From assembly GCA_013043985.1 (NCBI GenBank), contig JABEVJ010000323.1, positions 1-38,086 on the forward strand: a stretch of DNA of 38,086 nucleotides. Direction: 5' to 3'. The position numbers and the translations under genes are program-made. The notes under the pieces were generated by a model. That model saw only the letters and a program-made list of their open reading frames with translations, searched no databases and was not told the origin of the DNA. Each line of letters opens with the position of its first letter. Within the stretch, counting starts at the first letter, position 1. Source of the DNA: Legionellales bacterium (lineage in GTDB: Bacteria; Pseudomonadota; Gammaproteobacteria; UBA1113). Of the stretch, positions 7,746 through 17,544 are shown piece after piece.

Positions 7746-7807
7746 GACACACTCCTTTGTTTAAAAAAATCAGGCAGCACAGTTATATCAAATATTTCAT
7801 ACTTATT

Positions 7808-8335
7808 TCAAGGAGAATATCTTTTCAGCAGCACCAAAACCACCCCTGTTCCACCCATCTTCGGCGGAGCGGAATGAAAAGCCAACACATCGGTCTGAGC
7901 TTGTAAAAAAGCCAGCGTTGCATTTTTAATGAGGGCATTATCCTGTTTCCCTTTCCCATGAATAATTCTGAGACATCGATATTGTCGTTCCCGTGATAAT
8001 ATAAAAAAATCCTCAAGTGCCAATATTCCTTGTTCCACCGTATAACCGTGCAAATCCAATTCGGCCTGAATCGAAATTTCACCCTTTTTCAAGCGGTTAT
8101 ATTGAGAGTCTGCCAGACCTGTTTGTGCATAGTGCATTACTTCATGTGCAGCTACTTTTTGCTTGATGGATAAACCGACTGTTAGCGTTGGGGTAATCGC
8201 CTGGGCTTGTTTTCTGCGATAGGCAAGATTATCTTCAGCCTGGTGAGATTTGAGATACGTTTTGTCAGTGCTTTTCAAGGGTTTAACATGCCGCATGGCC
8301 TGACGGAATAGGTCGATATCATCTTTTTCAATCAT
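7808..8335 (-). CDS. smrB: Smr-domain protein (SmrB-like)
   Basis: The N-terminus DDIDLFRQAMRHVKPL and the C-terminal Smr domain LDLHGYTVEQG ... LRIIHGKG are present. It lies divergent next to prmB-aroC, as in E. coli. Confidence 0.75.
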   Translation of the reverse strand: MIEKDDIDLFRQAMRHVKPLKSTDKTYLKSHQAEDNLAYRRKQAQAITPTLTVGLSIKQKVAAHEVMHYAQTGLADSQYNRLKKGEISIQAELDLHGYTVEQGILALEDFFILSRERQYRCLRIIHGKGKQDNALIKNATLAFLQAQTDVLAFHSAPPKMGGTGVVLVLLKRYSP

Positions 8336-8367
8336 TTTGTGATATACTCATTTTCTAATCTCAATAG

Positions 8368-9282
8368 ATGGGAAATAAAGTGAACGTTCAAGAAATAACG
8401 AATGAATTATACACGATTCGCGATATGGTGCGCTGTGCTGCAAGTCTTTTTGCAGCTAATCCGCTGTTTTATGGTCACGGTACTGACAATCCCTGGGATG
8501 AAGCAACCAGCCTGGTGATGCAAACACTGCAGCTTGATTACACATACTACCATGAAGTGCTGGATGCCAGGTTAACCCATACCGAGCGCCTAAACATTGC
8601 AAACCTGATTCAAAAAAGAGTAGAGCAACGTATTCCGGTTCCTTATTTGACACATCAAGCACAGTTTGCGGGCTTGACCTTTTATGTTGATGAACGCGTA
8701 CTGATTCCTCGCTCCCCGCTTGCTGAGTTGATTGAAGAGCAATTTTCACCCTGGATTGATCCCACTACAATAGAAAATGTTCTCGATCTTTGCACTGGCA
8801 GTGGCTGTATTGCTCTGGCAATTCATGCTTATCTTCCTAACCCCTATACTCAGATTGATGCCGTGGATATTTCGCCCGAAGCGTTGGCAGTTGCCAAAAT
8901 TAATGTTGAGAAACAGGGGGCAACCGAGCAGGTTCATTTGATACAGTCTAATTTGTTTGAACAGTTGCAGGGTCGGCGATATGATCTGATCGTGAGCAAT
9001 CCACCTTATGTTGATGCTGCTGAAATGCAGGCCTTACCTCAGGAATTCCGACATGAACCTGAGCTTGCTCTGGCAGCGGGATTAGATGGGCTTGCTATTG
9101 TCCATGAAATATTGCAAAAAGCGCCTGATCACTTGACAGAAAATGGATTGCTGATTGTCGAAGTGGGTGCGAGTGCGCCAGCTCTGATTCAGGCTTATCC
9201 ACACTTACCCTTTATCTGGCTTGAGTTTGAACGCGGTGGTGAGGGGGTGTTTGTATTACGGTATGAGGATTTTGTTAATTAG
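8368..9282 (+). CDS. prmB: Ribosomal protein L3 glutamine N5-methyltransferase
   Basis: SAM-binding DLCTGSGCIA, the NPPY motif (SNPPYV), and an N-terminus similar to E. coli PrmB (NELYTIRDMVR). It sits immediately upstream of aroC. Confidence 0.85.
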   Translation: MGNKVNVQEITNELYTIRDMVRCAASLFAANPLFYGHGTDNPWDEATSLVMQTLQLDYTYYHEVLDARLTHTERLNIANLIQKRVEQRIPVPYLTHQAQFAGLTFYVDERVLIPRSPLAELIEEQFSPWIDPTTIENVLDLCTGSGCIALAIHAYLPNPYTQIDAVDISPEALAVAKINVEKQGATEQVHLIQSNLFEQLQGRRYDLIVSNPPYVDAAEMQALPQEFRHEPELALAAGLDGLAIVHEILQKAPDHLTENGLLIVEVGASAPALIQAYPHLPFIWLEFERGGEGVFVLRYEDFVN

Positions 9283-9285
9283 GTA

Positions 9286-9412
9286 TATACTCCTTGCAAT
9301 TGAATTTGCGGCTAGGCGCGGTTGACACGAGTCGCCGGAGTGTACTGCCTGTACATGAGGACGGCGAGCGGTCAACCGCAACAACGCTGCAGATTTAATT
9401 GCGGGGAGTATA
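9286..9412. repeat. Family-2 palindromic MITE-like element filling the prmB-aroC spacer
   Basis: The imperfect TIRs are tatactccttgcaattgaatttgcgg and ctgcagatttaattgcggggagtata. The interior is itself palindromic (ggttgacacgagtcgccggagtgtac / gtacatgaggacggcgagcggtcaacc). The element ends 1 nt before the aroC ATG. Confidence 0.85.
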
Positions 9413-9413
9413 A

Positions 9414-10484
9414 ATGGCGGGAAATACGTTTGGGCAAGTTTTCCGTGTCACCACCTTTGGTGAAAGTCATGGCTCGGCATTGGGTGCAATTATTGATGGT
9501 TGTCCACCGGGTATGAAATTGACTGAAGCGGATATTATGGTGGAGCTTGAAAGGCGCAAAACGGGCACGTCTCCCTTCACCTCGCAACGTAAAGAGCCTG
9601 ATGCTGTACAAATTTTATCTGGCGTTTTCAATGGCGTGACAACGGGCACTCCAATTGGTTTAGTTATTCGAAATGAGGATAATAAATCAAAGGATTATGA
9701 AGCGATTAGCGCACAGTTTCGACCGGGTCACGCAGATTATACCTATTTACAAAAATATGGTGTAAGAGATTTTCGAGGCGGCGGCAGGGCATCGGCCAGA
9801 GAAACCGTTATGCGCGTTGCCGCGGGTGCCATCGCCAAAAAATACTTGCGGGAGGTCGTTGGCATAACGATACGAGGTTGTTTAATACAAATGGGGCACG
9901 TATCCGTGCCTATTCTTGATTGGCAAGAAACTGAGAAAAATCCGTTTTTTGTTGCTAATGCTGAAAAAGTTCCTGAGTTAGAATTACTGATTCAAGCAAC
10001 ACGCAAGGCTGGCGATTCCATTGGAGCATTGATTCAGATTGAAGCGCATCAGGTTCCCGTTGGTCTGGGCGAGCCAGTATTTGATAAACTCAATGCTAGT
10101 ATTGCTCATGCGATGATGAGTATTAATGCGGTTAAAGCAGTCGAAATAGGGGATGGTTTAAGTTGTGTGACACAACCTGGCTCTGCCTTTCGAGATGAAA
10201 TGACCCGTGAAGGATTTTTATCCAATCATGCAGGCGGGATATTGGGCGGCATTTCCAACGGAGAGCCAATTATTGTTAAAGTTGCGTTTAAACCTACTCC
10301 AAGTATTATCCAACCAGGGCGCTCACTCAATACAAGTGGTGACGAAGTGACGGTGGTTACAAAAGGACGTCACGATCCGTGCGTGGGAATTCGTGGTGTG
10401 CCAATTGCTGAGGCAATGCTGGCACTGGTGTTGATGGATCACTATTTAAGAAATTTACCTAATCTCAGGAGAACAAATGAATAA
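9414..10484 (+). CDS. aroC: Chorismate synthase
   Basis: The N-terminus [20 protein letters not shown] and the [10 protein letters not shown] and RHDPCV motifs are typical of AroC. Confidence 0.92.
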   Translation: MAGNTFGQVFRVTTFGESHGSALGAIIDGCPPGMKLTEADIMVELERRKTGTSPFTSQRKEPDAVQILSGVFNGVTTGTPIGLVIRNEDNKSKDYEAISAQFRPGHADYTYLQKYGVRDFRGGGRASARETVMRVAAGAIAKKYLREVVGITIRGCLIQMGHVSVPILDWQETEKNPFFVANAEKVPELELLIQATRKAGDSIGALIQIEAHQVPVGLGEPVFDKLNASIAHAMMSINAVKAVEIGDGLSCVTQPGSAFRDEMTREGFLSNHAGGILGGISNGEPIIVKVAFKPTPSIIQPGRSLNTSGDEVTVVTKGRHDPCVGIRGVPIAEAMLALVLMDHYLRNLPNLRRTNE

Positions 10485-11505
10485 ATTAATTAGTGTGGCT
10501 ATTCTAGGGGCTTCAGGCGTTGTCGGTGAAGCCGCAATTGAAATTCTTCAACAACGTAACTTTCCAGTGGATAAATTATATTTACTTGCCAGTGAACGCT
10601 CCAGTGGTTCAACAGCGATGTTTAAAGGCCGCCCTATCCTAATTGAAAACGTAGCTGATTTTGATTTTAGCAAAGTGAAAATCGCTATTTTTTCTGCGGG
10701 CGCAGAAACTTCTGCGCAGTACGCTCCTAAAGCTGTCAAGGCAGGTTGTATTGTTATTGATAATACTTCGCAATTTCGCTATGACGAAGATGTTCCTCTT
10801 GTTGTTTCAGAGGTTAATCCTGAGATGATTCCCCAGGGTATTAAACGTGGCATTATTGCCAACCCAAATTGCAGTACGATGCAGATGGTCGTGGCACTCA
10901 AGCCAATTTATGATGCTGTTGGAATTACGCGTATTAATTTTGCCAGCTATCAATCGGTTTCGGGAGCAGGGCGCGAAGCACTGGAAGAATTAGCCCAGCA
11001 GACCAGTGGTATGTTAACGGGTAATAAACATAAAGCAAAAGTTTTCCCTGTGCAAATTGCCTTTAATGTGATTCCCCATATTGATGTATTTGAAGAGAAT
11101 GGTTATACACGGGAAGAAATGAAGGTAGTGTGGGAAACCCGAAAAATTTTCAATGATAATGAAATTATGGTTAATCCGACGGCGGTACGAGTGCCTGTTT
11201 TTTTTGGGCATTCTGAAGCGGTGCATATTGAAACACGTGAAAAAATTACGGTTGAACAAGCTCGGCAGCTATTAAAAAACGCACCCGGTGTGGTGCTGGT
11301 TGATGAAAGAGCAGCCAAGGGTTATCCAACACCTGTGACTCATGCCGCCATGCAAGATGGGGTATTTGTCGGGCGTTTGCGCGAGGATATTTCTCATCCA
11401 CGCGGTCTGGATATGTGGATTGTCTCTGACAATGTGCGCAAAGGGGCGGCACTGAATGCTGTGCAGATTGCAGAACAGTGTGTGAAGTTACTTTTGGCTG
11501 AGTAA
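10477..11505 (+). CDS. asd: Aspartate-semialdehyde dehydrogenase (short, about 340-aa type)
   Basis: Rossmann N-terminus ILGASGVVG, active-site Cys context IANPNCST, and His context [11 protein letters not shown]. It overlaps the aroC stop by 8 nt. Confidence 0.8.
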   Translation: MNKLISVAILGASGVVGEAAIEILQQRNFPVDKLYLLASERSSGSTAMFKGRPILIENVADFDFSKVKIAIFSAGAETSAQYAPKAVKAGCIVIDNTSQFRYDEDVPLVVSEVNPEMIPQGIKRGIIANPNCSTMQMVVALKPIYDAVGITRINFASYQSVSGAGREALEELAQQTSGMLTGNKHKAKVFPVQIAFNVIPHIDVFEENGYTREEMKVVWETRKIFNDNEIMVNPTAVRVPVFFGHSEAVHIETREKITVEQARQLLKNAPGVVLVDERAAKGYPTPVTHAAMQDGVFVGRLREDISHPRGLDMWIVSDNVRKGAALNAVQIAEQCVKLLLAE

Positions 11506-11552
11506 TCTTTACACTCATGTATGTTGAGTATACCTAAATTTGGTTAACACTT

Positions 11553-12896
11553 ATGCAAGAACAAAATTCAATTCTTATGCAGCTTGATGGAATGAAGTTG
11601 CAACGGTTTCATTGGCGGATTATTTTTACCGCGGGCATGGGTTTTTTTACTGATGCCTATGATCTTTTTGTGATTGGTATTGTTACCGCCATATTGAGAC
11701 CTCTTTGGGGTTTATCCATTGAAGAGTTAGCTATATTAAACGGTGCTGCGTTGGCAGCAGCAGCCTGTGGCTCGGTTTTTTTTGGTATTCTTGCCGATAA
11801 ATTTGGCCGTAAAAAAATGTACGGGGTTGAAATTGCTATCTTATTTATTGGTGCAATCCTATCTGCCATCGCACCCTCATTTGGGTATTTACTTTTTTCG
11901 CGCATACTTGTCGGTTTAGGAATTGGGGGTGATTATCCGACCAGTGCTCTTATTGCAAGCGAAAATGCCGGAAAAGCACACAGAGGATTTTTAGTCCTGC
12001 TGGTTTTTGCTATGCAGGCTTTGGGATTAACGATAGGGCCATTGATCGCCTCTTTTTTTCTGTATATTAATATTCCCACTGACATGGTATGGCGCATTTT
12101 ATTAGGTATTGGTGCCATCCCTGCGGCATCGGTTTTCTATTTGCGACGCCGGATTCAAGAGTCTCCCCGTTTTCTGATGACTAAAAATGCCCCAGTTGAA
12201 GTGAGTCGGGTTATTGCGGATATCACGGGAATGAACCCAAATAATATTAAAAGGCTTCCTTTGCATTCTTTAATGAAAAAAAAATGGCTTATTTGTCTCT
12301 TCGGAACTGCAGGTGCTTGGTTTTTGCTGGATATTGCTTTTTATGGTAACAGTGTGTCTTCCTTTTTAATTTTAAAAACCTTAAATCCAGCCGCAAATAT
12401 GTTAAAAAATACCTTATTATCTTCTTTGATTTTTTTGATATGTGCCGTTCCAGGTTATCTTGCAGCTGCTTTTTTTGTTGACAAAATAGGACGTAGATTC
12501 TTGCAGTTTCTTGGTTTTGCCATGATGGGCTTAATGTATCTCATTCTTGCTGGCATTCCTTCGATTACTCAACACGTCAATTGGTTTTTAATCGTGTTTG
12601 GGGTGAGCTATTTCTTTACTAATTTTGGCCCTAACACCACTACCTTTCTTATTCCCTCAGAAGTTTATCCAACCAGTATTCGCGGCAAGGCACATGGTTT
12701 TTCTGCAGCTGTGGGCAAGGTTGGGGCATTCATTGGAGCATTCTTTCTGCCCTTTGTTTTGGAAAAATTTGGTCTGCAGTTTACGATGGGCTTGATGGCT
12801 ATTGTCTGTGTATTAGGTGTATCGATTACTTTTCTTGTGCCTGAGATGAAGGGGCAGTCATTGGAGGTGACAGAGGAAATGGCGGAGGAGGGGTAA
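11553..12896 (+). CDS. MFS transporter, phosphate:H+ symporter (PHS/Pho84-like) type
   Basis: A protein with about 12 hydrophobic segments. The N-terminal GMGFFTDAYDLFVIG and ADKFGRKK motifs are characteristic of PHS-family MFS proteins. Confidence 0.7.
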   Translation: MQEQNSILMQLDGMKLQRFHWRIIFTAGMGFFTDAYDLFVIGIVTAILRPLWGLSIEELAILNGAALAAAACGSVFFGILADKFGRKKMYGVEIAILFIGAILSAIAPSFGYLLFSRILVGLGIGGDYPTSALIASENAGKAHRGFLVLLVFAMQALGLTIGPLIASFFLYINIPTDMVWRILLGIGAIPAASVFYLRRRIQESPRFLMTKNAPVEVSRVIADITGMNPNNIKRLPLHSLMKKKWLICLFGTAGAWFLLDIAFYGNSVSSFLILKTLNPAANMLKNTLLSSLIFLICAVPGYLAAAFFVDKIGRRFLQFLGFAMMGLMYLILAGIPSITQHVNWFLIVFGVSYFFTNFGPNTTTFLIPSEVYPTSIRGKAHGFSAAVGKVGAFIGAFFLPFVLEKFGLQFTMGLMAIVCVLGVSITFLVPEMKGQSLEVTEEMAEEG

Positions 12897-12917
12897 AAAG
12901 GGAGTTATTGGCAATAT

Positions 12918-13439
12918 CTACTCCATTTGAGACAACAATTTAACGATTGTTTTCATCGGCAAAAATAATTTATTCTTACGCTCAGGAAACTCAATAAATC
13001 CATATTTCTTATAAAATTTAACAGCCATGTCATTCTCAGCATCAACAGTGACGGCAACAGCAGATATTGTCTGACTAGATTCAAAGCTTTTTTGTAATGC
13101 ATTAATTAAAAGAATTTCACCATACTTTTTTTTCTGATGCTCAGTATTAACCGCCAAGCGACCTAATAAAATGGCAGGAACATGAGGATGGCGAGGCAAT
13201 TTTTTACTTATATCTCCAGGAAGTGCGTCTAAACTGATGCTTGTTGATGACAAAGCATAATAGCCAATTACAACATCTGAATGTTCAACTGTTAAAACAT
13301 AGGTTATAGCAATATCTCTTTTTCTGTATTGTGTTGCCTCTGTAATTAAATATCTATCAAGCGCATCTATTCCACAGGAAAAAAAACGCCTGTCATGATG
13401 CTCATCTAAACATTCTATGCATAATTTTTCATTACTCAT
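12918..13439 (-). CDS. GNAT acetyltransferase toxin (TacT/KacT-like)
   Basis: 173 aa, with FSCGIDALDRYL near the N-terminus and a GNAT core (GRLAVNTEHQKKKYGEILL ... FYKKYGF). It overlaps a DUF1778-type gene by 4 nt. Confidence 0.8.
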   Translation of the reverse strand: MSNEKLCIECLDEHHDRRFFSCGIDALDRYLITEATQYRKRDIAITYVLTVEHSDVVIGYYALSSTSISLDALPGDISKKLPRHPHVPAILLGRLAVNTEHQKKKYGEILLINALQKSFESSQTISAVAVTVDAENDMAVKFYKKYGFIEFPERKNKLFLPMKTIVKLLSQME

Positions 13440-13726
13440 TTGGCTGTAACCACTTTTTTGTAACGATTTCTTGCTTGAATTAAAGCCTTATTAGGCTCTG
13501 GTGGGTTCAATAGCGCATTAACAAAAGTTTTTTGATCTTCTAGTGAAAGAGTTAAAATCTTCTGTTGTTTGATTACATCAGCAGCCTTTTCTAATACACT
13601 ATTAACAGTAAAATCAGTTACAGAAAGACCGCTTAAAAAAGCGGCTTGCAGCACTATATCTTTTTGCTGTATGGTGCATCGGCTCTCAAGACGAGCTGAT
13701 TTTCGTAAAGTTTGACTCGTAGACAT
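13436..13726 (-). CDS. DUF1778 (TacA-like) RHH antitoxin
   Basis: RLESRCTIQQKDIVLQAAFLSGLSVTDF matches the DUF1778 pattern. I set the start at MSTSQ. The gene overlaps the GNAT gene start (ATGA-type overlap). Confidence 0.75.
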   Translation of the reverse strand: MSTSQTLRKSARLESRCTIQQKDIVLQAAFLSGLSVTDFTVNSVLEKAADVIKQQKILTLSLEDQKTFVNALLNPPEPNKALIQARNRYKKVVTAK

Positions 13727-13883
13727 TTTAAGACCTCTATAGTTTGAAGCAATCACTCATTACATAAGCGTACGTCATAATGACGTACAAATCAAGAATC
13801 ATTTGAGCAGGATTTAAAACATTGCCGAATTATATCCTAATTGTATAAGAGGCGAACTTGTCAAAAAATGATAGGTAGTAGGT

Positions 13884-13957
13884 GTCGCTGCGCTCCTCGC
13901 AATGACAAGCGTTTTTATATATTTGTTGTTATTTTCAGATGACACGACAGTCACTAT
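13884..13957. repeat. Family-1 MITE-like repeat, partial (right half-core plus tail)
   Basis: gtcgctgcgctcctcgcaatgacaagcgtttttatatatttgttgttattttcagatgacacgacagtcactat aligns with 19110-19188. Confidence 0.7.
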
Positions 13958-14002
13958 TTCCCCCTCAAAACCCGACTTTAACTATTTTTTTTGCGTTTTA
14001 CC

Positions 14003-14032
14003 TTGACAAAATAGCCATTTTATAACTATAGT
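14003..14032 (+). promoter_or_regulatory. Putative sigma70 promoter of the dcw cluster (Pmra-like)
   Basis: TTGACA (14003-14008), an 18-nt spacer, then TATAGT (14027-14032), 45 nt upstream of the mraZ ATG. Confidence 0.5.
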
Positions 14033-14040
14033 GTTGAAAA

Positions 14041-14065
14041 GTGGGAAAAAGTGGTTTTTTGTGGT
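14041..14065 (+). promoter_or_regulatory. Putative MraZ operator: three direct GTGG(G/T) boxes at 10-bp spacing
   Basis: GTGGGaaaaaGTGGTtttttGTGGT lies between the predicted -10 and the mraZ start. This matches the TGGGN-N5 triple-repeat arrangement described for E. coli MraZ. Confidence 0.6.
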
Positions 14066-14076
14066 AGGGATGCAGG

Positions 14077-14532
14077 ATGTTTCGTGGAATCAATGCTATT
14101 GCTCTCGACGCCAAAGGTCGGTTATCGATCCCGACCCGCTATCGTGATGCACTTCAAACTCAAACTGCACAAGTTATTATCACTATTGACACCGATGCGC
14201 CGTGTTTATTGCTTTATCCTTTCAGTGAATGGGAAATTATTGAGCGTAAAATTGCTGAGTTGCCAAGTTTTAATCCGGTTGCTCGCCGCATTCAACGCTT
14301 GTTGATTGGACATGCAACTGAGGTTGAGCTTGATGCAAGTGGGCGTCTTTTAGTTCCCGGGGTATTACGTGAATACGCGGGTTTGCAAAAAGAGGCCATG
14401 TTGGTGGGGCAGGGGCGCAAATTTGAAATCTGGGCTGCCGAGCGTTGGCAAAGTGCACGAAATGAATGGTTGACGTCCGATTTAGTCGGTACCGAAGAAA
14501 TGCCAAATGAACTGAAAAATTTATCGTTGTAA
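14077..14532 (+). CDS. mraZ: Transcriptional regulator MraZ
   Basis: [19 protein letters not shown]... and a second GRLLVP repeat, which is the duplicated SpoVT/AbrB-like motif. It is the first gene of the dcw cluster. Confidence 0.92.
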   Translation: MFRGINAIALDAKGRLSIPTRYRDALQTQTAQVIITIDTDAPCLLLYPFSEWEIIERKIAELPSFNPVARRIQRLLIGHATEVELDASGRLLVPGVLREYAGLQKEAMLVGQGRKFEIWAAERWQSARNEWLTSDLVGTEEMPNELKNLSL

Positions 14533-14535
14533 GGA

Positions 14536-15477
14536 ATGCTAGTGACGGATCAGACAAGATCACATCAACCTGTGTTATTCAGTGAGTCGTTAACTCAGCT
14601 TGCTATTAAACCAGCTGGTCTATATGTAGATGCCACTTTTGGACGGGGTGGTCATACTCAGGGCATTTTAAATGCATTGAATGCAGAAGGTCGTTTAATT
14701 AGTTTTGATAAAGATCCAACCGCGATTCAATACGCTTATGACACCATTCAAGATGCAAGGCTGACGATGGTTCACGCGAGTTTTACTGAAATTAGCCAGG
14801 TATTAACGGTCAGTGGCTTGTTAGGCAAAGTGGATGGAATGCTGTTTGATTTGGGCGTTTCATCACCACAACTGGATGAAGCTGAACGCGGTTTCAGTTT
14901 TATGAATGATGGTCCTTTGGATATGCGGATGAACACTCGAGCAGGTTATACCGCAGCAGAATGGTTGAGCAAAGTGAATGAAACCATCTTGGCAGACGTC
15001 ATTTTTGAATTTGGAGAGGAACGTTTTAGTCGTCGAATTGCAAGAGCCATTGTTGAGGCTCGTAAAATATCGGTTATTTCGACCACCAAACAACTTGCAG
15101 AAATCGTCGCGACAGCGGTTCCAAAACGTGAGCCATTTAAACATCCAGCAACACGCACTTTTCAGGCGATACGTATTTTTATCAACAGTGAACTAGAGGA
15201 TTTAAAAATCGCCTTAGCTCAAAGTTTAGATGTATTGGCTGTAGGTGGACGTTTAGTGGTTATCAGTTTTCACTCACTTGAAGACAGATTGGTGAAGCAA
15301 TTTATGAAAAGAGAGTCTTCTCCCCCTGAGATTCCACGTCATATTCCCATTAAGCACACTGAGTTTAATCCAAGATTAAAAATAGTGCACAAACCCATTT
15401 TTCCTTCTGATGAAGAAGTCAGTAAAAACATAAGGGCGCGTAGCGCCGTATTAAGGACAGCGGAGAAAGAACGATGA
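14536..15477 (+). CDS. rsmH: 16S rRNA (cytosine1402-N4)-methyltransferase
   Basis: HQPVL ... YVDATFGRGGH ... DLGVSSPQLD ... SFHSLEDR motifs. A GTG at 14542 is an alternative start. Confidence 0.92.
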   Translation: MLVTDQTRSHQPVLFSESLTQLAIKPAGLYVDATFGRGGHTQGILNALNAEGRLISFDKDPTAIQYAYDTIQDARLTMVHASFTEISQVLTVSGLLGKVDGMLFDLGVSSPQLDEAERGFSFMNDGPLDMRMNTRAGYTAAEWLSKVNETILADVIFEFGEERFSRRIARAIVEARKISVISTTKQLAEIVATAVPKREPFKHPATRTFQAIRIFINSELEDLKIALAQSLDVLAVGGRLVVISFHSLEDRLVKQFMKRESSPPEIPRHIPIKHTEFNPRLKIVHKPIFPSDEEVSKNIRARSAVLRTAEKER

Positions 15478-15806
15478 ATGCAACAACAAGAGCTTATTCT
15501 CAATCAACTTATGCCCTGCAACAAACGCGGCAACAATTTTGGACACTTTCTTCTTTTGTGAGTGTTTTACTAGCGGTACTGGTTTTTTTATCGGCTTTTT
15601 CCATCGTCTATGTCAGAGATTATGAACGTCAGATGATCACTGAGTTGCAAGGTATGCAAATAACCTATGATGCGATGTTGACACAGCGAAGCCAGTTATT
15701 ACTGGAGCAAGCTGCTTTCAGCACTCAAACCCGGATTCAGGATGTTGCCGTGCAGAAATTGGGTATGGCGTTTCCAGAGCAGGAGGCGGTTATTACATTA
15801 GGTTAA
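15474..15806 (+). CDS. ftsL: Cell division protein FtsL
   Basis: A 110-aa protein with a single TM segment (LSSFVSVLLAVLVFLSAFSIVYV) followed by a coiled region. Its position between rsmH and ftsI supports the call. Confidence 0.8.
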   Translation: MNATTRAYSQSTYALQQTRQQFWTLSSFVSVLLAVLVFLSAFSIVYVRDYERQMITELQGMQITYDAMLTQRSQLLLEQAAFSTQTRIQDVAVQKLGMAFPEQEAVITLG

Positions 15807-15810
15807 ACGC

Positions 15811-17544
15811 GTGAAAAAACACTCTTTTCGTCCTTTTTTAGCATACGATGATAAATGGCGGGTTCGGTTCCTGCTTGCGTTGTTGTTTCTTACTATGCTG
15901 GTGCTGTTGGCCAGGATCGTATATCTGACAGTGTATGAACGGACTTTTTTACTGAAACAAGGGAATGCTCGTACCGTGAGAGTGATTGATATTCCTGCTC
16001 ATCGAGGTATGATTCTTGATAGAAACCATCAGCCTTTAGCGATAAGTACACCCGTTTATTCTGTGTGGATTGACCCGCATCAGTTCAGTTTACAAGATAC
16101 TCAGATTCCAGCTCTTGCTAATTTACTTCAAGAGTCTATTAAACAAATACAAGCCACGATCAATGACAAATCCAAGAGTGACTTTGTTTACCTTAAACGT
16201 CAACTTTCTCCTGATATCGCGGATCAAATAAAAGCCTTGCATATACCCGGTATTTATTTCCAGCAAAACTACAAACGTTATTACCCGGAGGCAGATGCCG
16301 TGGCGCCTTTATTGGGAATGACCAATATCGATGATCAAGGGCAAGAAGGTTTAGAGTTGGCATACAACAATTTATTACAGGGTGTACCAGGTAAAGAACG
16401 CGTACTGGTTGATTTATATGGGCATGTTGTAGCTGTACAGGGTATTGTGCAACCCGCCAGACCGGGTCATAACCTGATCTTGAGTATTGATCACCGAATT
16501 CAATATCTTGCTTACTCCGTGCTATCGAAAGCGGTTGCCGATAATAAAGCGGAATCGGGTTCAATCGTCATCATGGATATTAAAACGGGTGAAATACTGG
16601 CGATGGTGAACGCGCCTTCATATAATCCCAATACTCGTCCAAAATATCGCAATAATAATTATCGAAATCTAGCCGTAACGGATCAATTCGAACCGGGTTC
16701 CACCATGAAAACCTTCGCAGTTGCTAATGCGTTAGACAACGGCAAATACAACGCCAACACCATGGTAGATACCAATCCTGGTTGGATGATTTTAAATGGG
16801 CATCGTGTTCAGGACGAGGAAAACCTGGGAAATATCAATGTCACTACTATTTTGCAACGTTCAAGTAATATGGGGATTACCAAATTAACCTTGTCTATGC
16901 CGCCCAATAGCTTGTGGAATTTATTGCACAAAGAGGGATTTGGCCAGTCAACTCACAGTGGGTTTCCTGGCGAGGCTTTAGGCAGTTTAGTTAAACCAAG
17001 AAAATGGTCTGATATTGCGCTAGCGACGCTATCTTTTGGTTATGGCGTTTCAGCAACGATGTTGCAATTGACCCAAGCTTACGCGATGATTGGTAATGAA
17101 GGTGTTAAACACCCAGTCTCATTATTAAAGATTGATAAACCGAGTGCATCTGAGCCTGTGCTAAAAAAGAAAGTTGCCATTGAGCTTATCAACATCATGC
17201 AAAGTGTGACTGCAAAAGGCGGGTCGGGATTTCCCGCACGCATTCCCGGATATAACGTGGCGGGTAAAACGGGAACTGCGTGGATAATGGGGGCACATGG
17301 TTATGAGCGAAAGCACTTTAATGCTTTGTTTATCGGAATTGTGCCTGCAAGTAAGCCAAGAATTGTTGCTGCTATTGTAATAAAAGATCCACAAGCAGGT
17401 CATCATCAGGGCGGACAAGTTGCGGCACCTGTTTTTTCTGAAGTGATGACAGCGGTATTACGTGATCTGAATATTCCTCCTGATGATTTAACCCAAAAAG
17501 GTAAACCTGATGAAATTAAGCCAGTTGTGCCAAAACCTCATTGA
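15811..17544 (+). CDS. ftsI: Peptidoglycan D,D-transpeptidase FtsI (PBP3)
   Basis: Penicillin-binding motifs STMK (GSTMKTF), SSN (RSSNMG) and KTGTA. GTG start. Confidence 0.92.
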   Translation: MKKHSFRPFLAYDDKWRVRFLLALLFLTMLVLLARIVYLTVYERTFLLKQGNARTVRVIDIPAHRGMILDRNHQPLAISTPVYSVWIDPHQFSLQDTQIPALANLLQESIKQIQATINDKSKSDFVYLKRQLSPDIADQIKALHIPGIYFQQNYKRYYPEADAVAPLLGMTNIDDQGQEGLELAYNNLLQGVPGKERVLVDLYGHVVAVQGIVQPARPGHNLILSIDHRIQYLAYSVLSKAVADNKAESGSIVIMDIKTGEILAMVNAPSYNPNTRPKYRNNNYRNLAVTDQFEPGSTMKTFAVANALDNGKYNANTMVDTNPGWMILNGHRVQDEENLGNINVTTILQRSSNMGITKLTLSMPPNSLWNLLHKEGFGQSTHSGFPGEALGSLVKPRKWSDIALATLSFGYGVSATMLQLTQAYAMIGNEGVKHPVSLLKIDKPSASEPVLKKKVAIELINIMQSVTAKGGSGFPARIPGYNVAGKTGTAWIMGAHGYERKHFNALFIGIVPASKPRIVAAIVIKDPQAGHHQGGQVAAPVFSEVMTAVLRDLNIPPDDLTQKGKPDEIKPVVPKPH

